A stretch of 64,000 bases of DNA from an uncultured Chloroflexia bacterium (GTDB taxonomy: Bacteria; Chloroflexota; Limnocylindria; Limnocylindrales; CSP1-4), in contig CAVSXV010000013.1 in assembly GCA_963731995.1 (NCBI GenBank), positions 227,310 through 291,309 on the forward strand, written 5' to 3'. The first letter of the stretch is position 1. Every line of letters starts with the position of its first letter. The notes under the pieces were generated by a model that saw only the letters and a program-made list of their open reading frames with translations, made no database searches and was not told the origin of the DNA. This document shows positions 34,329 to 43,762 of this stretch, piece by piece. The translations under genes and the position numbers were made by a program.

Positions 34329-34372
34329 GTTAACCGAGCGTTAACAAGGGAACAACCGGCCGTTCATCTGCC
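34329..34372 (+). promoter_or_regulatory. PHO box: four 11-nt direct-repeat units upstream of pstS
   Basis: GTTAACcgagc GTTAACaaggg AACAACcggcc GTTCATctgcc in exact 11-nt register (34329, 34340, 34351, 34362), about 80 nt before the pstS ATG. Confidence 0.6.
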
Positions 34373-34452
34373 GTGCCGACAGTCATCCCGTCACACGATC
34401 GGGCCTGCGACGGCTCCGGACCACAGATGATCCAGGAGGGAACACACTCATC

Positions 34453-35502
34453 ATGCGTATGAGCAAACGCTACAGCGCCGCCGCGATCGGCACGGCCGTG
34501 CTGGTCACGGGTCTCGCTGGCGGCGCGCTGGCCCAGGACGAAAGCGGCAGCATCACGATCTCCGGCTCCTCTACGGTAGAGCCCATCACGAGCTTCGTGG
34601 CCGAGGCCTACGCGGGCGTGAACCCCAACGTCACCATCTCGGTCGACGGCCCGGGCACGACCACCGGCTTCGAGCTGTTCTGCAACGGCGACACGGACAT
34701 CTCGGATGCATCACGCACCATCAAGGACTCGGAAGTCGAGAACTGCGCCACCGGTGGCGTCGAGCCGGTCGAGCTGAAGGTCGGCATCGACGGACTGGCA
34801 GTCATCGTCAGCACCCAGAACGACGCGATCGAGTGCTTCAACTTCACCGACCTCTACGCCATCTTCGGCATCGAATCCGACGAGCTGCGCAGCTGGGAGG
34901 ACATCGCCGCCTTCGCCGCGGAGCTCGGCTCGGACACCACGGCCTGGCCCAGCGGCGACATCGCCATCACGGCCCCCGGCGATGAGTCCGGCACCTGGGG
35001 CTCGTTCATCGAGATCACCCTCGAGGACATCCAGGCGGCGCGCGCCGAGGCAGGCGACGTCGATCCCGAGGCCGAGCCGTACACGCGCCAGCCCGGCGAG
35101 ACCTATGTGGCCTCGCCCAACGACAACGTCATCATCGACGGTGTCGCCAACAACCCCAACGGCATCGGCTTCGTGGGCTACGCCTACGCCATCAACAACG
35201 CGGATCGCGTGCGCATGCTGCCGATCGACGGCGGGGACGGCCAGTGCATCGGCCCTGACCACGAGACCGTCGCGTCCAACACCTACCCGATCTCCCGAGA
35301 CCTCTACATCTACCCGGCCGTGAACCGGGTCGATCCGAGCAGGGACAGCTACAACTCGGCGGTGGCCCCGTTCGTCGACTTCTACCTGAGCGATGAGGGC
35401 ATCCAGAACGTCGAGGCTGCGGGCTACGTCTCGCTGGCGCCCGAGGCGCTCGAGGAGACCCGCGCTGCCTGGGACGAGGCCAGGGCTTCGGTCGGCGGCT
35501 GA
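34453..35502 (+). CDS. pstS: phosphate ABC transporter substrate-binding protein
   Basis: Signal peptide, then ITISGSSTVEPI..GFVGYAY. CAGGAGGGAA RBS upstream. Confidence 0.9.
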   Translation: MRMSKRYSAAAIGTAVLVTGLAGGALAQDESGSITISGSSTVEPITSFVAEAYAGVNPNVTISVDGPGTTTGFELFCNGDTDISDASRTIKDSEVENCATGGVEPVELKVGIDGLAVIVSTQNDAIECFNFTDLYAIFGIESDELRSWEDIAAFAAELGSDTTAWPSGDIAITAPGDESGTWGSFIEITLEDIQAARAEAGDVDPEAEPYTRQPGETYVASPNDNVIIDGVANNPNGIGFVGYAYAINNADRVRMLPIDGGDGQCIGPDHETVASNTYPISRDLYIYPAVNRVDPSRDSYNSAVAPFVDFYLSDEGIQNVEAAGYVSLAPEALEETRAAWDEARASVGG

Positions 35503-35541
35503 CGCTCATCACCAACGCCTCTCTCCCAACGGCCGCAGAGA

Positions 35542-35571
35542 GGACCGGACCCACGTCCCGGGGTCCGGTCC
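35542..35571 (+). terminator. intercistronic stem-loop between pstS and pstC (possible attenuator or mRNA stabiliser)
   Basis: Perfect 11-bp stem GGACCGGACCC / GGGTCCGGTCC with an 8-nt loop, flanked by outer CGGCCG pairing. No U-tract follows. Confidence 0.5.
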
Positions 35572-35609
35572 TCCGGCCGTTCAGCCAAGACCTGTAGCGA
35601 GCGACCTCG

Positions 35610-36539
35610 ATGGCCGGGAACCAGCAGCTCACGATCGCAGACCTGAGGGGCGATGCGGCGCGCCGAAGGCGCGAGCGGGTGATCCGCTACCTCTTCTTCG
35701 GAGCGGCTGCGCTGGCCATCGTCATCTCGGTCGCCATCGTCCTGTCATTGCTCGGCGACACCATCATCTTCCTGCAGGGCATCGATCCGGGTGCCCTGCT
35801 CTCGGATGTGTGGCAGCCTCGCTCGGGCGAATACAGCCTCGCGGCGATCCTCTCGGGCACGTTCGTCATCGCGGTCATCGCCATGCTCGTGGCTGCGCCG
35901 CTGGGACTCGGTGCCGCCATCTACCTCGCCGAATACGCGAGTCCCCGGGTACGCGGATGGCTCAAGCCCATCCTCGAGATCCTGGCCACGATCCCCTCGG
36001 TGGTGCTGGGCTTCTTCGCGCTGACCGTCATCAGCCCGACGCTGATCCAGAACATCTGCCCGGGCAACACCCCGGTGTTCAGCCTCGCCAGTGCCGGCGT
36101 TGCGGTCGGCATCCTCATCACGCCCCTCATCGCCTCGATCTCCGAGGACGCCATGTACGCGGTCCCGCAGAACCTGCGCGAGGCCTCCTTCGGGCTCGGT
36201 GCCACGAAGCGCACGACCAGCCTTCGGATCGTGGTGCCCGCGGCCGTGTCCGGCATCGTGGCCTCCCTCATCGTGGGCTTCTCGCGGGCCATCGGCGAGA
36301 CCATGATCGTGGCCATCGCGGCGGGCGGTGTCGGCGGTGCCTCCATCAATCTCAATGCCTGCCTGCCAGGCCAGACGATGACCGGCGCCATGACTGTCAT
36401 CGCCATCGGCTCGGACGCGGTCGGTGGCGGGGTCGCCTTCCACAGCCTCTTCTTCGTGGGCTTGCTGCTCTTCTTCATGACGCTGGGCCTCAACGTCGTG
36501 AGCGAGGCCTTCGTGCGCCGCATGCGCAAGGGGTACTGA
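35610..36539 (+). CDS. pstC: phosphate ABC transporter permease PstC
   Basis: Six-TM permease with an EAA-like loop SEDAMYAVPQNLREASFGLGATK. Confidence 0.9.
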   Translation: MAGNQQLTIADLRGDAARRRRERVIRYLFFGAAALAIVISVAIVLSLLGDTIIFLQGIDPGALLSDVWQPRSGEYSLAAILSGTFVIAVIAMLVAAPLGLGAAIYLAEYASPRVRGWLKPILEILATIPSVVLGFFALTVISPTLIQNICPGNTPVFSLASAGVAVGILITPLIASISEDAMYAVPQNLREASFGLGATKRTTSLRIVVPAAVSGIVASLIVGFSRAIGETMIVAIAAGGVGGASINLNACLPGQTMTGAMTVIAIGSDAVGGGVAFHSLFFVGLLLFFMTLGLNVVSEAFVRRMRKGY

Positions 36540-36540
36540 G

Positions 36541-37494
36541 ATGACCGTGACACCAGAGACGGTCCAGCGGCCTCCGCAGTCCGCGACCGAAGCTGTCGAG
36601 CAGGCGCTCACTGGCCATCGCCGCGATTGGCGCAGCGTCGTCTTCGAGCTGGCCATGCTGCTCTCGCTGTTCATCGCCCTCGGCGTGCTCGTGTGGCTCG
36701 TGACCGACATCTTCATCCGCGCCCTGCCGGTGTTCCAGGAGCGCGGCCTGGTCGACTTCATGACCTCGCCCATCTCATCCAACCCGCTCAATGCCGGCAT
36801 CAGCCAGGCGCTGTTCGGCTCGATCCTCCTGATGGTGTTCGTGGCCGTGCTGGCCATCCCCATCGGTATCGCTTCTGCGGTGTATCTCGAGGAGTACGCC
36901 CCGGACAACCGGCTCACGCGCTTCATCAACACCACGGTCCGCAACCTCGCGGGTGTGCCGGCGGTCGTGTACGGCCTGCTCGGCATCGCCGTCTTCGTGG
37001 TGCTCTTCGGGGACTACACCGGGGGCCGCAGCATCATCTCCGGTGGCTTCACCCTGGCCATCGTGGTGCTGCCCATCGTGGTCATCGCCTCGGCCGAGGC
37101 GCTGCGCGCGGTGCCATCATCGATCCGCGAGGCCGGCTTCGGCGTGGGTGCCACCAAGTGGGAAGTCATCCGCTCCCACGTCCTGCCGTACGCCCTGCCG
37201 GGGATCCTCACCGGCACCATCCTGACCATCGGCCGGGCCTTCGGCGAGACCGCGCCGCTGCTGCTCGTGGGTGCTGTCACCGGCTTCTTCAACGTGGCTG
37301 CCAATGCCAGCGTCGTGGAGCGCCTGCAGGGCCCGTACACATCGCTGCCGACGATCATCTTCAGCTGGTCGCGGCAGCCACGGCCAGAGTTCAGGGAGTT
37401 GACGGCGGCGGCCATCATCGTGCTGCTCGTGCTGGTGCTCATCATCAATGGCATCGCCATCATCCTGCGCAACCGATACGCCAGAAAGTGGTAG
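36541..37494 (+). CDS. pstA: phosphate ABC transporter permease PstA
   Basis: [25 protein letters not shown]. Immediately follows pstC. Confidence 0.9.
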   Translation: MTVTPETVQRPPQSATEAVEQALTGHRRDWRSVVFELAMLLSLFIALGVLVWLVTDIFIRALPVFQERGLVDFMTSPISSNPLNAGISQALFGSILLMVFVAVLAIPIGIASAVYLEEYAPDNRLTRFINTTVRNLAGVPAVVYGLLGIAVFVVLFGDYTGGRSIISGGFTLAIVVLPIVVIASAEALRAVPSSIREAGFGVGATKWEVIRSHVLPYALPGILTGTILTIGRAFGETAPLLLVGAVTGFFNVAANASVVERLQGPYTSLPTIIFSWSRQPRPEFRELTAAAIIVLLVLVLIINGIAIILRNRYARKW

Positions 37495-37496
37495 AC

Positions 37497-38414
37497 ATGA
37501 CCAGTGAGATACCCACGATGACGCACCAATCGCCAGCGGGTCCCGAGGCATCCCTTACGTCGGCGATCCCGCCGAGTGATGGGACGGGCCCTGGCCTGAG
37601 CGTCGCCGGAGTGGCGCAGGCAGAGAGGGTGACCGCCTCGGCGGAGGCTCGCGAGCACGTGTTCGAGGTCCGGGACTTCAGCGCCTATTACAGCGAGTTC
37701 CGGGCCATCCGCGACATCGACCTCGACGTGCCCAGGAACCAGATCACGGCCTTCATCGGTCCGTCCGGTTGCGGCAAGTCCACGCTCCTGCGTTGCTTCA
37801 ATCGCATGAACGACCTGGTTCCGGGCGCGCATATCAAGGGCAAGATCTACTACCACGGCGTCGACCTCTACGACTCCCGCGTGGACGCGGTGGAGGTGCG
37901 CCGGCGCATCGGCATGGTCTTCCAGAAACCCAACCCCTTCCCCAAGTCCATCTACGACAACATCGCCTTCGGGCCCAGGATCGCCGGCTACAAGGGCGAC
38001 ATGGACGAACTCGTCGAAGGGAGCCTGAAGCGGGCCGCCATCTGGGACGAAGTCAAGGACAAGCTGAAGCAGCCGGGGACGGCGCTGTCGGGTGGTCAGC
38101 AGCAGCGGCTCTGCATCGCCCGCGCCATCGCGGTCCAGCCCGACGTCATCCTCATGGATGAGCCCTGCTCGGCCCTGGACCCGGTGGCCACCCTCAAGAT
38201 CGAAGAGCTGATGTTCGAGCTCCGCGACGACTACACCATCCTCATCGTGACGCACAACATGCAACAGGCAGCGCGCGCCTCCGACGAGACCGTGTTCCTG
38301 ACCATGGGCGACGACCGCGCGGGGTACCTCGTGGAGAAGGGCCCCACCAACGAGATCTTCACCAATCCCAGGAACCAGCTGACCGAGGACTACGTCTCCG
38401 GTCGCTTCGGTTGA
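37497..38414 (+). CDS. pstB: phosphate ABC transporter ATP-binding protein
   Basis: [36 protein letters not shown]. Start set at ATG 37497, because the track ORF 36627.. is the pstA-overlapping frame. Confidence 0.9.
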   Translation: MTSEIPTMTHQSPAGPEASLTSAIPPSDGTGPGLSVAGVAQAERVTASAEAREHVFEVRDFSAYYSEFRAIRDIDLDVPRNQITAFIGPSGCGKSTLLRCFNRMNDLVPGAHIKGKIYYHGVDLYDSRVDAVEVRRRIGMVFQKPNPFPKSIYDNIAFGPRIAGYKGDMDELVEGSLKRAAIWDEVKDKLKQPGTALSGGQQQRLCIARAIAVQPDVILMDEPCSALDPVATLKIEELMFELRDDYTILIVTHNMQQAARASDETVFLTMGDDRAGYLVEKGPTNEIFTNPRNQLTEDYVSGRFG

Positions 38415-38424
38415 GGAGGCTGCC

Positions 38425-39201
38425 ATGACCGATCCCACTGGACGGCCTGCTGTCGAGCCCGTCTCGCCGCCAGGTACCGCAGAACCGCAGGGTTCCCGCA
38501 CGGACCTCGAGGTCCATCCTGCTGTGGAGGTGCCTCGGCCGTTCACGCGTGACGCCCTCGAAGCCGAAGAGCGCGAGATCAAGGACGGCATCCTGCGCAT
38601 GGGCAGCCTCGTAGCCGAGCGCATCATCGCCGCCATCGTGGCGCTCGAGAACCACGATGCTGAGGCAGCCACGGCCATCATCGAGAATGATCGCGACATC
38701 AACGCCCTGGAGCACGAGGTCTCCAGCCTCATCACGAGGACCATCGCCACGCAGCAGCCGGTCGCGCGCGACCTGCGCTTCCTGCTCACCCTGGACCACG
38801 TGGCCTATGACCTCGAACGCATGGGTGACTACGCCGCCTCGGTGGCCAAGCAGGCCCGAAAGCTCGCGCCATACCCGCCCGTCAAGGACTACGTCCACCT
38901 GCCGGAGATGGGTCGCCTCGCGGCAACGCTCGTGCGGGACGTGCTCGAGGCTGTCGTGGAGATCGATGCCGACCGAGCCAGAGTCGTGGCCGAGCGCGAC
39001 GACGATGTCGACGAGCTGTACCACACGATCTTCGCGGAGTCGCTCGAGCTCATGCGCGCCGACCCGGCCAACGTCGACCCGGGCATGCGCATCGTCTTCG
39101 CGGCGCACTACCTCGAGCGCGTGGGTGACCGCGTGACCAACATCGCGGAGGATGTGGTCTTCCTGGCCACCGGCGAGGTCACCGAGTTGAACGACGATTG
39201 A
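38425..39201 (+). CDS. phoU: phosphate signalling complex protein PhoU
   Basis: Two PhoU repeats (DRDINALEHEV.., DDDVDELYHTIF..ERVGDRVTNIAE). GAGGAGG RBS upstream. Confidence 0.9.
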   Translation: MTDPTGRPAVEPVSPPGTAEPQGSRTDLEVHPAVEVPRPFTRDALEAEEREIKDGILRMGSLVAERIIAAIVALENHDAEAATAIIENDRDINALEHEVSSLITRTIATQQPVARDLRFLLTLDHVAYDLERMGDYAASVAKQARKLAPYPPVKDYVHLPEMGRLAATLVRDVLEAVVEIDADRARVVAERDDDVDELYHTIFAESLELMRADPANVDPGMRIVFAAHYLERVGDRVTNIAEDVVFLATGEVTELNDD

Positions 39202-39671
39202 TGGCCGGTAGCGACGTGGCAACGCGCCACGACGACCGCATCGTACGCACCAGCGTGCTCTTCGTGTGCACGCACAACTCGGCTCGCTCGATCATGGCCG
39301 AGGCCCTGCTGCGCGACCGGGGTGGACACGCCTACGAGGCGTTCTCCGCGGGCACCGAAGCTACCGAGATCCGTCCCCTCACGCTGCAGGTGCTGAACGA
39401 GGCCGGCATCTCCACGCAAGGCCTGCGCTCGAAGTCGTACCGGGAGTACCTCGGACGCACCTTCGACTACGTCATCACCGTGTGTGACGCAGCACGCGGG
39501 GCCTGCCCCGTGTTCCCGGGTGAGGGCCAGCGCTACCACTGGAGCTACGCCGACCCATCGGCTGTCACCGGTACCGAAGCAGCGCGGTTGGCCGCCTTCC
39601 GCCGCGTGCTCGCGGCCATCAGCAGACGCATCGACCTGTTCCTGAACGAAACGGCACCGGCTGGCGTCTGA
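39198..39671 (+). CDS. low-molecular-weight phosphatase-family arsenate reductase / protein-tyrosine phosphatase
   Basis: VLFVCTHNSARSIMAEA (CX5R P-loop) and downstream VCDAARGACP cysteines. ATGA overlap with phoU. Confidence 0.8.
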   Translation: MMAGSDVATRHDDRIVRTSVLFVCTHNSARSIMAEALLRDRGGHAYEAFSAGTEATEIRPLTLQVLNEAGISTQGLRSKSYREYLGRTFDYVITVCDAARGACPVFPGEGQRYHWSYADPSAVTGTEAARLAAFRRVLAAISRRIDLFLNETAPAGV

Positions 39672-39783
39672 CCCACGACGGCGACACGGCCGTCCTTCCA
39701 CTACCACACGAAACCCCTCGGGGCCGAGTGGTTCCGACCTGTCTGGGGTCGCGCCGGGGGACCAGACGTGCCACCCTAGGCCG

Positions 39784-40308
39784 ATGACCGAGCCACACTT
39801 CGAACGCTCCGACAAGGTGCGCGTGCACCTGCTCCGGCACGCCCACGCAGGGGACGCCTTCGAGTGGATCGGCGATGACGACCTGCGACCGCTGACCGAC
39901 AAGGGTCGCAAGCAGAGCCAGCGGCTCGGTGAGTTCCTCGCGAGCCACGGCGTACGGCCCGACGTCATCGTGACCAGCCCTCTCGTACGTGCCCAGCAAA
40001 CCGCGGAGATCGTAGCCGGCGTCCTCGACATGACGGTCAAGACCGACAGCCGGCTCAGCGGCGGTTTCGGCAAGCGTGAGCTGTGGGCCTTGCTCGACGA
40101 GACCGGGGCGCGCGAGGTGATGCTGGTGGGCCACGACCCCGACTTCAGCGCGCTGCTGGCCTACCTCATCGATACGGCCGGCATCAGCATGAAGAAGGGC
40201 GCCCTGGCGACGGTCGATCTGCACACCAAGCTGGGCGACGGTGAGGGCGAGTTGCGCTGGCTCGTGCCGCCGGACCTGCTGAGCGCGGGCCAAGGTCAGT
40301 CCGACTAG
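39784..40308 (+). CDS. SixA-like phosphohistidine phosphatase (histidine phosphatase superfamily)
   Basis: VHLLRHAHA..LTDKGRKQ..VTSPLVRAQQTAE..LVGHDPDF. Confidence 0.8.
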   Translation: MTEPHFERSDKVRVHLLRHAHAGDAFEWIGDDDLRPLTDKGRKQSQRLGEFLASHGVRPDVIVTSPLVRAQQTAEIVAGVLDMTVKTDSRLSGGFGKRELWALLDETGAREVMLVGHDPDFSALLAYLIDTAGISMKKGALATVDLHTKLGDGEGELRWLVPPDLLSAGQGQSD

Positions 40309-40410
40309 CCGTAGTTCGGCGTGGTGTGCTCTCGATGCTATCGTGGCACTTGGTCGCCGGTACGCCGCAACGTGCCGACCCACTTCGGACATCGCCAGAG
40401 AGGAGCCGCC

Positions 40411-40599
40411 GTGGAGCTCATCCTTGCCTACATCGACCCGGGATCGGGCAGCCTCGTGGTGCAGGCCCTGATCGCCGGGCTGGTGGCCGCGCCCGTCATC
40501 TTCCGCAAACAGCTGGCTCGCCTCGTGCGGGTCGTGCGTGGGGCCGAGGCGCCGAGCACCGAGACCACCGGTCAGGACGACACCGACAAGGGTGCCTGA
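40411..40599 (+). CDS. small membrane protein
   Basis: GTG 40411 after GAGGAG. VELILAYIDPGSGSLVVQALIAGLVAAPVIF followed by a charged tail. Overlaps the next gene by 8 nt. Confidence 0.45.
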   Translation: MELILAYIDPGSGSLVVQALIAGLVAAPVIFRKQLARLVRVVRGAEAPSTETTGQDDTDKGA

Positions 40600-41983
40600 G
40601 TCCGCACCCGCGCGCGATCCAGGCTCGTACCGCGATCCAGCCGGCTTCGTCTTCCGACGAGACGGCGTCATCTACCGCCAGATCGATCCGTCCTTCGCGG
40701 ACGACTGGCAGGGCTACCTCGACTCCGGGCTCTACGATCGCCTTCGCGAGGAAGGCATCGTCATCCCGCACACCGAGGTCGATCCCGACCTGGCCGCGGA
40801 GCCGCCGGCCCACCGTGTCATCCGGCCGGAGCCGGTCGAGCTCATCTCGTATCCCTACGAGTGGTCCTTCAGCCAGCTGCAGGACGCGGCGCTGTTGACG
40901 CTGCGGGCCCAGTCCCTGGCAGCCGCGGCCGGGTTCACGCTGCGCGATGCCTCCGCCTACAACGTCCAGTTCCAGCGGGGCAAGCCGCTGCTCATCGACT
41001 CGCTCTCGTTCGAGCGGGCCGAGCGCGACCGTCCGTGGGCGCCGTACCGCCAGTTCTGCGAGCACTTCCTCGCCCCGCTGGCCCTGATGGCCAGGGTCGA
41101 TGTGCGGCTCGGTGGGCTCCTGCGTGAGTACCTCGAGGGGGTCCCGCTCGACCTCGCGGCCCGCCTCCTGCCGGGCCGCACGCGCCTGAGCTTCGGGCTC
41201 GGGCCCCACATCCACCTCCACGCGCGCGCCCAGCGCCAGCACGCCGACGACAATGCCGCCGCCGACGCGAAGCCCGAGGCCTCGATGTCGTCGCAGAAGC
41301 TCGCGACCCTCATCGAGAGCCTGCATGACACCGTGGCCGGCCTGTCGTGGGAGCCCGAGGGCACGGCCTGGGCCGACTACGCCGACCACACCAGCTACGG
41401 GGACACCGCCACCGAAGCGAAGGCGCGGGCGGTCACCGACGCCCTCGAGGGGATCGACGGGCAGTCGGCCTGGGACCTCGGCGCCAACACCGGCCGCTAC
41501 AGCCGCATCGCCGCCGAGGCCGGCTACCGCGTCGTGGCCCTCGACGTCGATCCGGCAGCGGTGGAGCGCGGCTATCGTGCCATCAGGGCCGATGGCCGCA
41601 CGGACATCACGCCATTGCTCGGAGACATCACCGCTCCGAGTCCCGCCTTGGGCTGGGCCAACGCCGAGCGCGCGAGCCTGCTCGAGCGGGTCGACACCGA
41701 GGTGGTCATGGCGCTGGCGCTGGTCCATCACCTGGCCATCGGGGCCAACGTCCCGCTGCCCATGATCGCCTCGCTCTTCGCCCGCATGGCGCCACATGCC
41801 ATCGTCGAGTTCGTGCCCAAGGCGGACCCGATGGTGCAGCGGCTGCTGGCGTCCCGTCGCGACGTCTTCCCCGACTACGACGTCGAGGGCTTCGTGTCCG
41901 CGTTCGAGCCGCACTTCGAGACGGTCACCAGGACCCCCATCGCGGGCAGTCAGCGAACCGTCTTTCTCCTCCGGCGCCGGTGA
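40592..41983 (+). CDS. class I SAM-dependent methyltransferase with ~250-aa N-terminal domain
   Basis: SYRDPAGFVFRRDGVIYRQI..YPYEWSF.. N-domain. DLGANTGRYSRIAAEAGYRVVALDVD motif I. Confidence 0.75.
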   Translation: MPESAPARDPGSYRDPAGFVFRRDGVIYRQIDPSFADDWQGYLDSGLYDRLREEGIVIPHTEVDPDLAAEPPAHRVIRPEPVELISYPYEWSFSQLQDAALLTLRAQSLAAAAGFTLRDASAYNVQFQRGKPLLIDSLSFERAERDRPWAPYRQFCEHFLAPLALMARVDVRLGGLLREYLEGVPLDLAARLLPGRTRLSFGLGPHIHLHARAQRQHADDNAAADAKPEASMSSQKLATLIESLHDTVAGLSWEPEGTAWADYADHTSYGDTATEAKARAVTDALEGIDGQSAWDLGANTGRYSRIAAEAGYRVVALDVDPAAVERGYRAIRADGRTDITPLLGDITAPSPALGWANAERASLLERVDTEVVMALALVHHLAIGANVPLPMIASLFARMAPHAIVEFVPKADPMVQRLLASRRDVFPDYDVEGFVSAFEPHFETVTRTPIAGSQRTVFLLRRR

Positions 41984-42005
41984 AGACGGGTTTCGCCCCG
42001 GACGA

Positions 42006-43577
42006 CTACTCGGCCCCCTCTGCCTTGGATGCCAGCGCCGCCTCGAGCGCGTCGATCCGGTCGGTGAGGTCGTACAGGTCGTATGGTCTCGCGGAGTTCG
42101 AGGCCAGGACCCGATCAGGTCGATCAGCGATATCGACGCCGAAATAGCGACGCAGCAGCTCCGGGTACGTGTTGACAGCTGACAGGTTGCGCCGCAGGGG
42201 CGGCTCACCCTCGGGTCCGGGCAGATACATGGCGTTGAGGATCTCGAACTTCGAGAGGACCTCGGCGTCGGTCGCGGTCGTCCAGTCCCAGGTCTTCTGG
42301 CGGCCATCGTAGCCGGGGGGATAGGGACCCTCGTCGGCCTGCAGGACGATGATCGGGCGTTCGTCGGCGGGCCGATCGAGGAGGGATCCGATGAGGCTGC
42401 GGAGGCGTTTGTTCGTGTACCTCAGCTGCGTCTCGTAGGTGGCCCTGTCAGGGTCATAGCTTCCGTCCTCGAGGAAGACGTATGGCTCGTGCGGCAGCAA
42501 CACGTGCGCGAACACGTACTTGGGTCCGGGGTCATCCACCAGCGACTCCAGGACATGCCATTGGTACCTGGCATTGTCGGCGTGTTTGCTTTCGTTCGTG
42601 ACCGCCGGGGAGGGTAAGGGCAGGAACGGCAGGATGCTCGTCTCGTACATGAGCGAGCCGAAGCTGAGGTCGGCGCCCTCGAGATAGTAGGACCGGTCGG
42701 CGATGTCCGATCGTTGGCTGCCGAGGAACCAGGAACCGAGATGCACGTACTCGTAGCCAGCCTCGCGAAGGAACGCACCCGCCGGGTTACGTCGGATCCG
42801 TGCGGACAGCGGTTTGAGGTTCTCGCTCTCTGGCCCCTGACTCTCGACGATGTCGTCCAACGGGTGCATCCCGAGCGTCGATGCCAGCGACATCAGCGTC
42901 TTGGTGTAGTTCGCGCTGGCGTCATCGACGACATCGAAGCCCTGGTCTCGGAGCCAGCCGACGAACTCGGAGTTGTCGATCCCGAAGCGGGCCTCGAGCG
43001 CGATCTCCGACCCGTATCGATCGAGCACGATGTGGTAGATGTCCCGCGCTGGAGCGCGGCCTTCGGTCGTGCCGACGGTGCCCTGGGCCTGTGCGCGGTC
43101 GGCCGAGGAGAACTCGGCCGCGACTCCGTCCGCTGCTGCCGCGGCCGCCAACACGACCAGGGTCAGAGCGACGAAGTTCAGCAGGAGGGTGACCTCACCC
43201 AGGCGTGGCCCGATCCGTCTGGAGAAGTACCACGCACCCAACACGAGGGCTGCGCCGACCGCGACCATGACGACCAGGGCGTCCTGGATGACCGGCTCCA
43301 GCAGTTCCATCAACAGCCCGAACATGAGGACCACCACGACACCGGCTGAGACGACGATCCCGGCCCGTGTCGCATCGTGCAGGAGCCACGTGAGCAGGAC
43401 CAGGGCGCCGAGCGCCACGACCTCGATGATCAGGAGCGGCACGACCACGTCGCCCACGGGCACTTCGTACCTGTTCTCGGCGTACATGCGGACGACAGGG
43501 TAGAGCGCGAAGAGGGCCGTATGGAATGGCACGGTCGAAGCCAGACTGGGGCGGCGTTCGACCGAGGGGGTCACCAC
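42006..43577 (-). CDS. membrane-anchored sulfatase / LTA-synthase-like (alkaline phosphatase superfamily) protein
   Basis: Five N-terminal TM helices, then IYHIVLDRYGS..FAHVLLPHEPY..IIVLQADEGP. Confidence 0.7.
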   Translation of the reverse strand: MVTPSVERRPSLASTVPFHTALFALYPVVRMYAENRYEVPVGDVVVPLLIIEVVALGALVLLTWLLHDATRAGIVVSAGVVVVLMFGLLMELLEPVIQDALVVMVAVGAALVLGAWYFSRRIGPRLGEVTLLLNFVALTLVVLAAAAAADGVAAEFSSADRAQAQGTVGTTEGRAPARDIYHIVLDRYGSEIALEARFGIDNSEFVGWLRDQGFDVVDDASANYTKTLMSLASTLGMHPLDDIVESQGPESENLKPLSARIRRNPAGAFLREAGYEYVHLGSWFLGSQRSDIADRSYYLEGADLSFGSLMYETSILPFLPLPSPAVTNESKHADNARYQWHVLESLVDDPGPKYVFAHVLLPHEPYVFLEDGSYDPDRATYETQLRYTNKRLRSLIGSLLDRPADERPIIVLQADEGPYPPGYDGRQKTWDWTTATDAEVLSKFEILNAMYLPGPEGEPPLRRNLSAVNTYPELLRRYFGVDIADRPDRVLASNSARPYDLYDLTDRIDALEAALASKAEGAE

Positions 43578-43762
43578 GGCAGCGATTCTACGGCAGGGCG
43601 ATCCCGCGAGACGATGGGAACTGGTGGGCTAGCGACAGCCCGCCCGGTTCCCGCCCGCTTCTTCTGCCCTCCCGGGTCGCGGGACCAGGGCCGGCGCCTG
43701 GAGCTGCGCCGCTGGCCGTCGCCGGTGCTGGCCGCTGGCCGCTGGCCGCGCGAGGCGATGTC

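Noticed and set aside
33709-34344. 211-aa plus-strand ORF over the basic-protein locus.
   Set aside because: It is the mirror frame of the Lys-rich minus-strand gene. The translation is Leu/Gly/Arg/Val-rich with no RBS. The minus-strand gene has a clear RBS and ATG.
43700-43745. GCTGGCC(G) short tandem repeat between the kinase and sulfatase-like genes.
   Set aside because: It is only about three short copies in a GC-rich spacer, which is consistent with simple low-complexity sequence.
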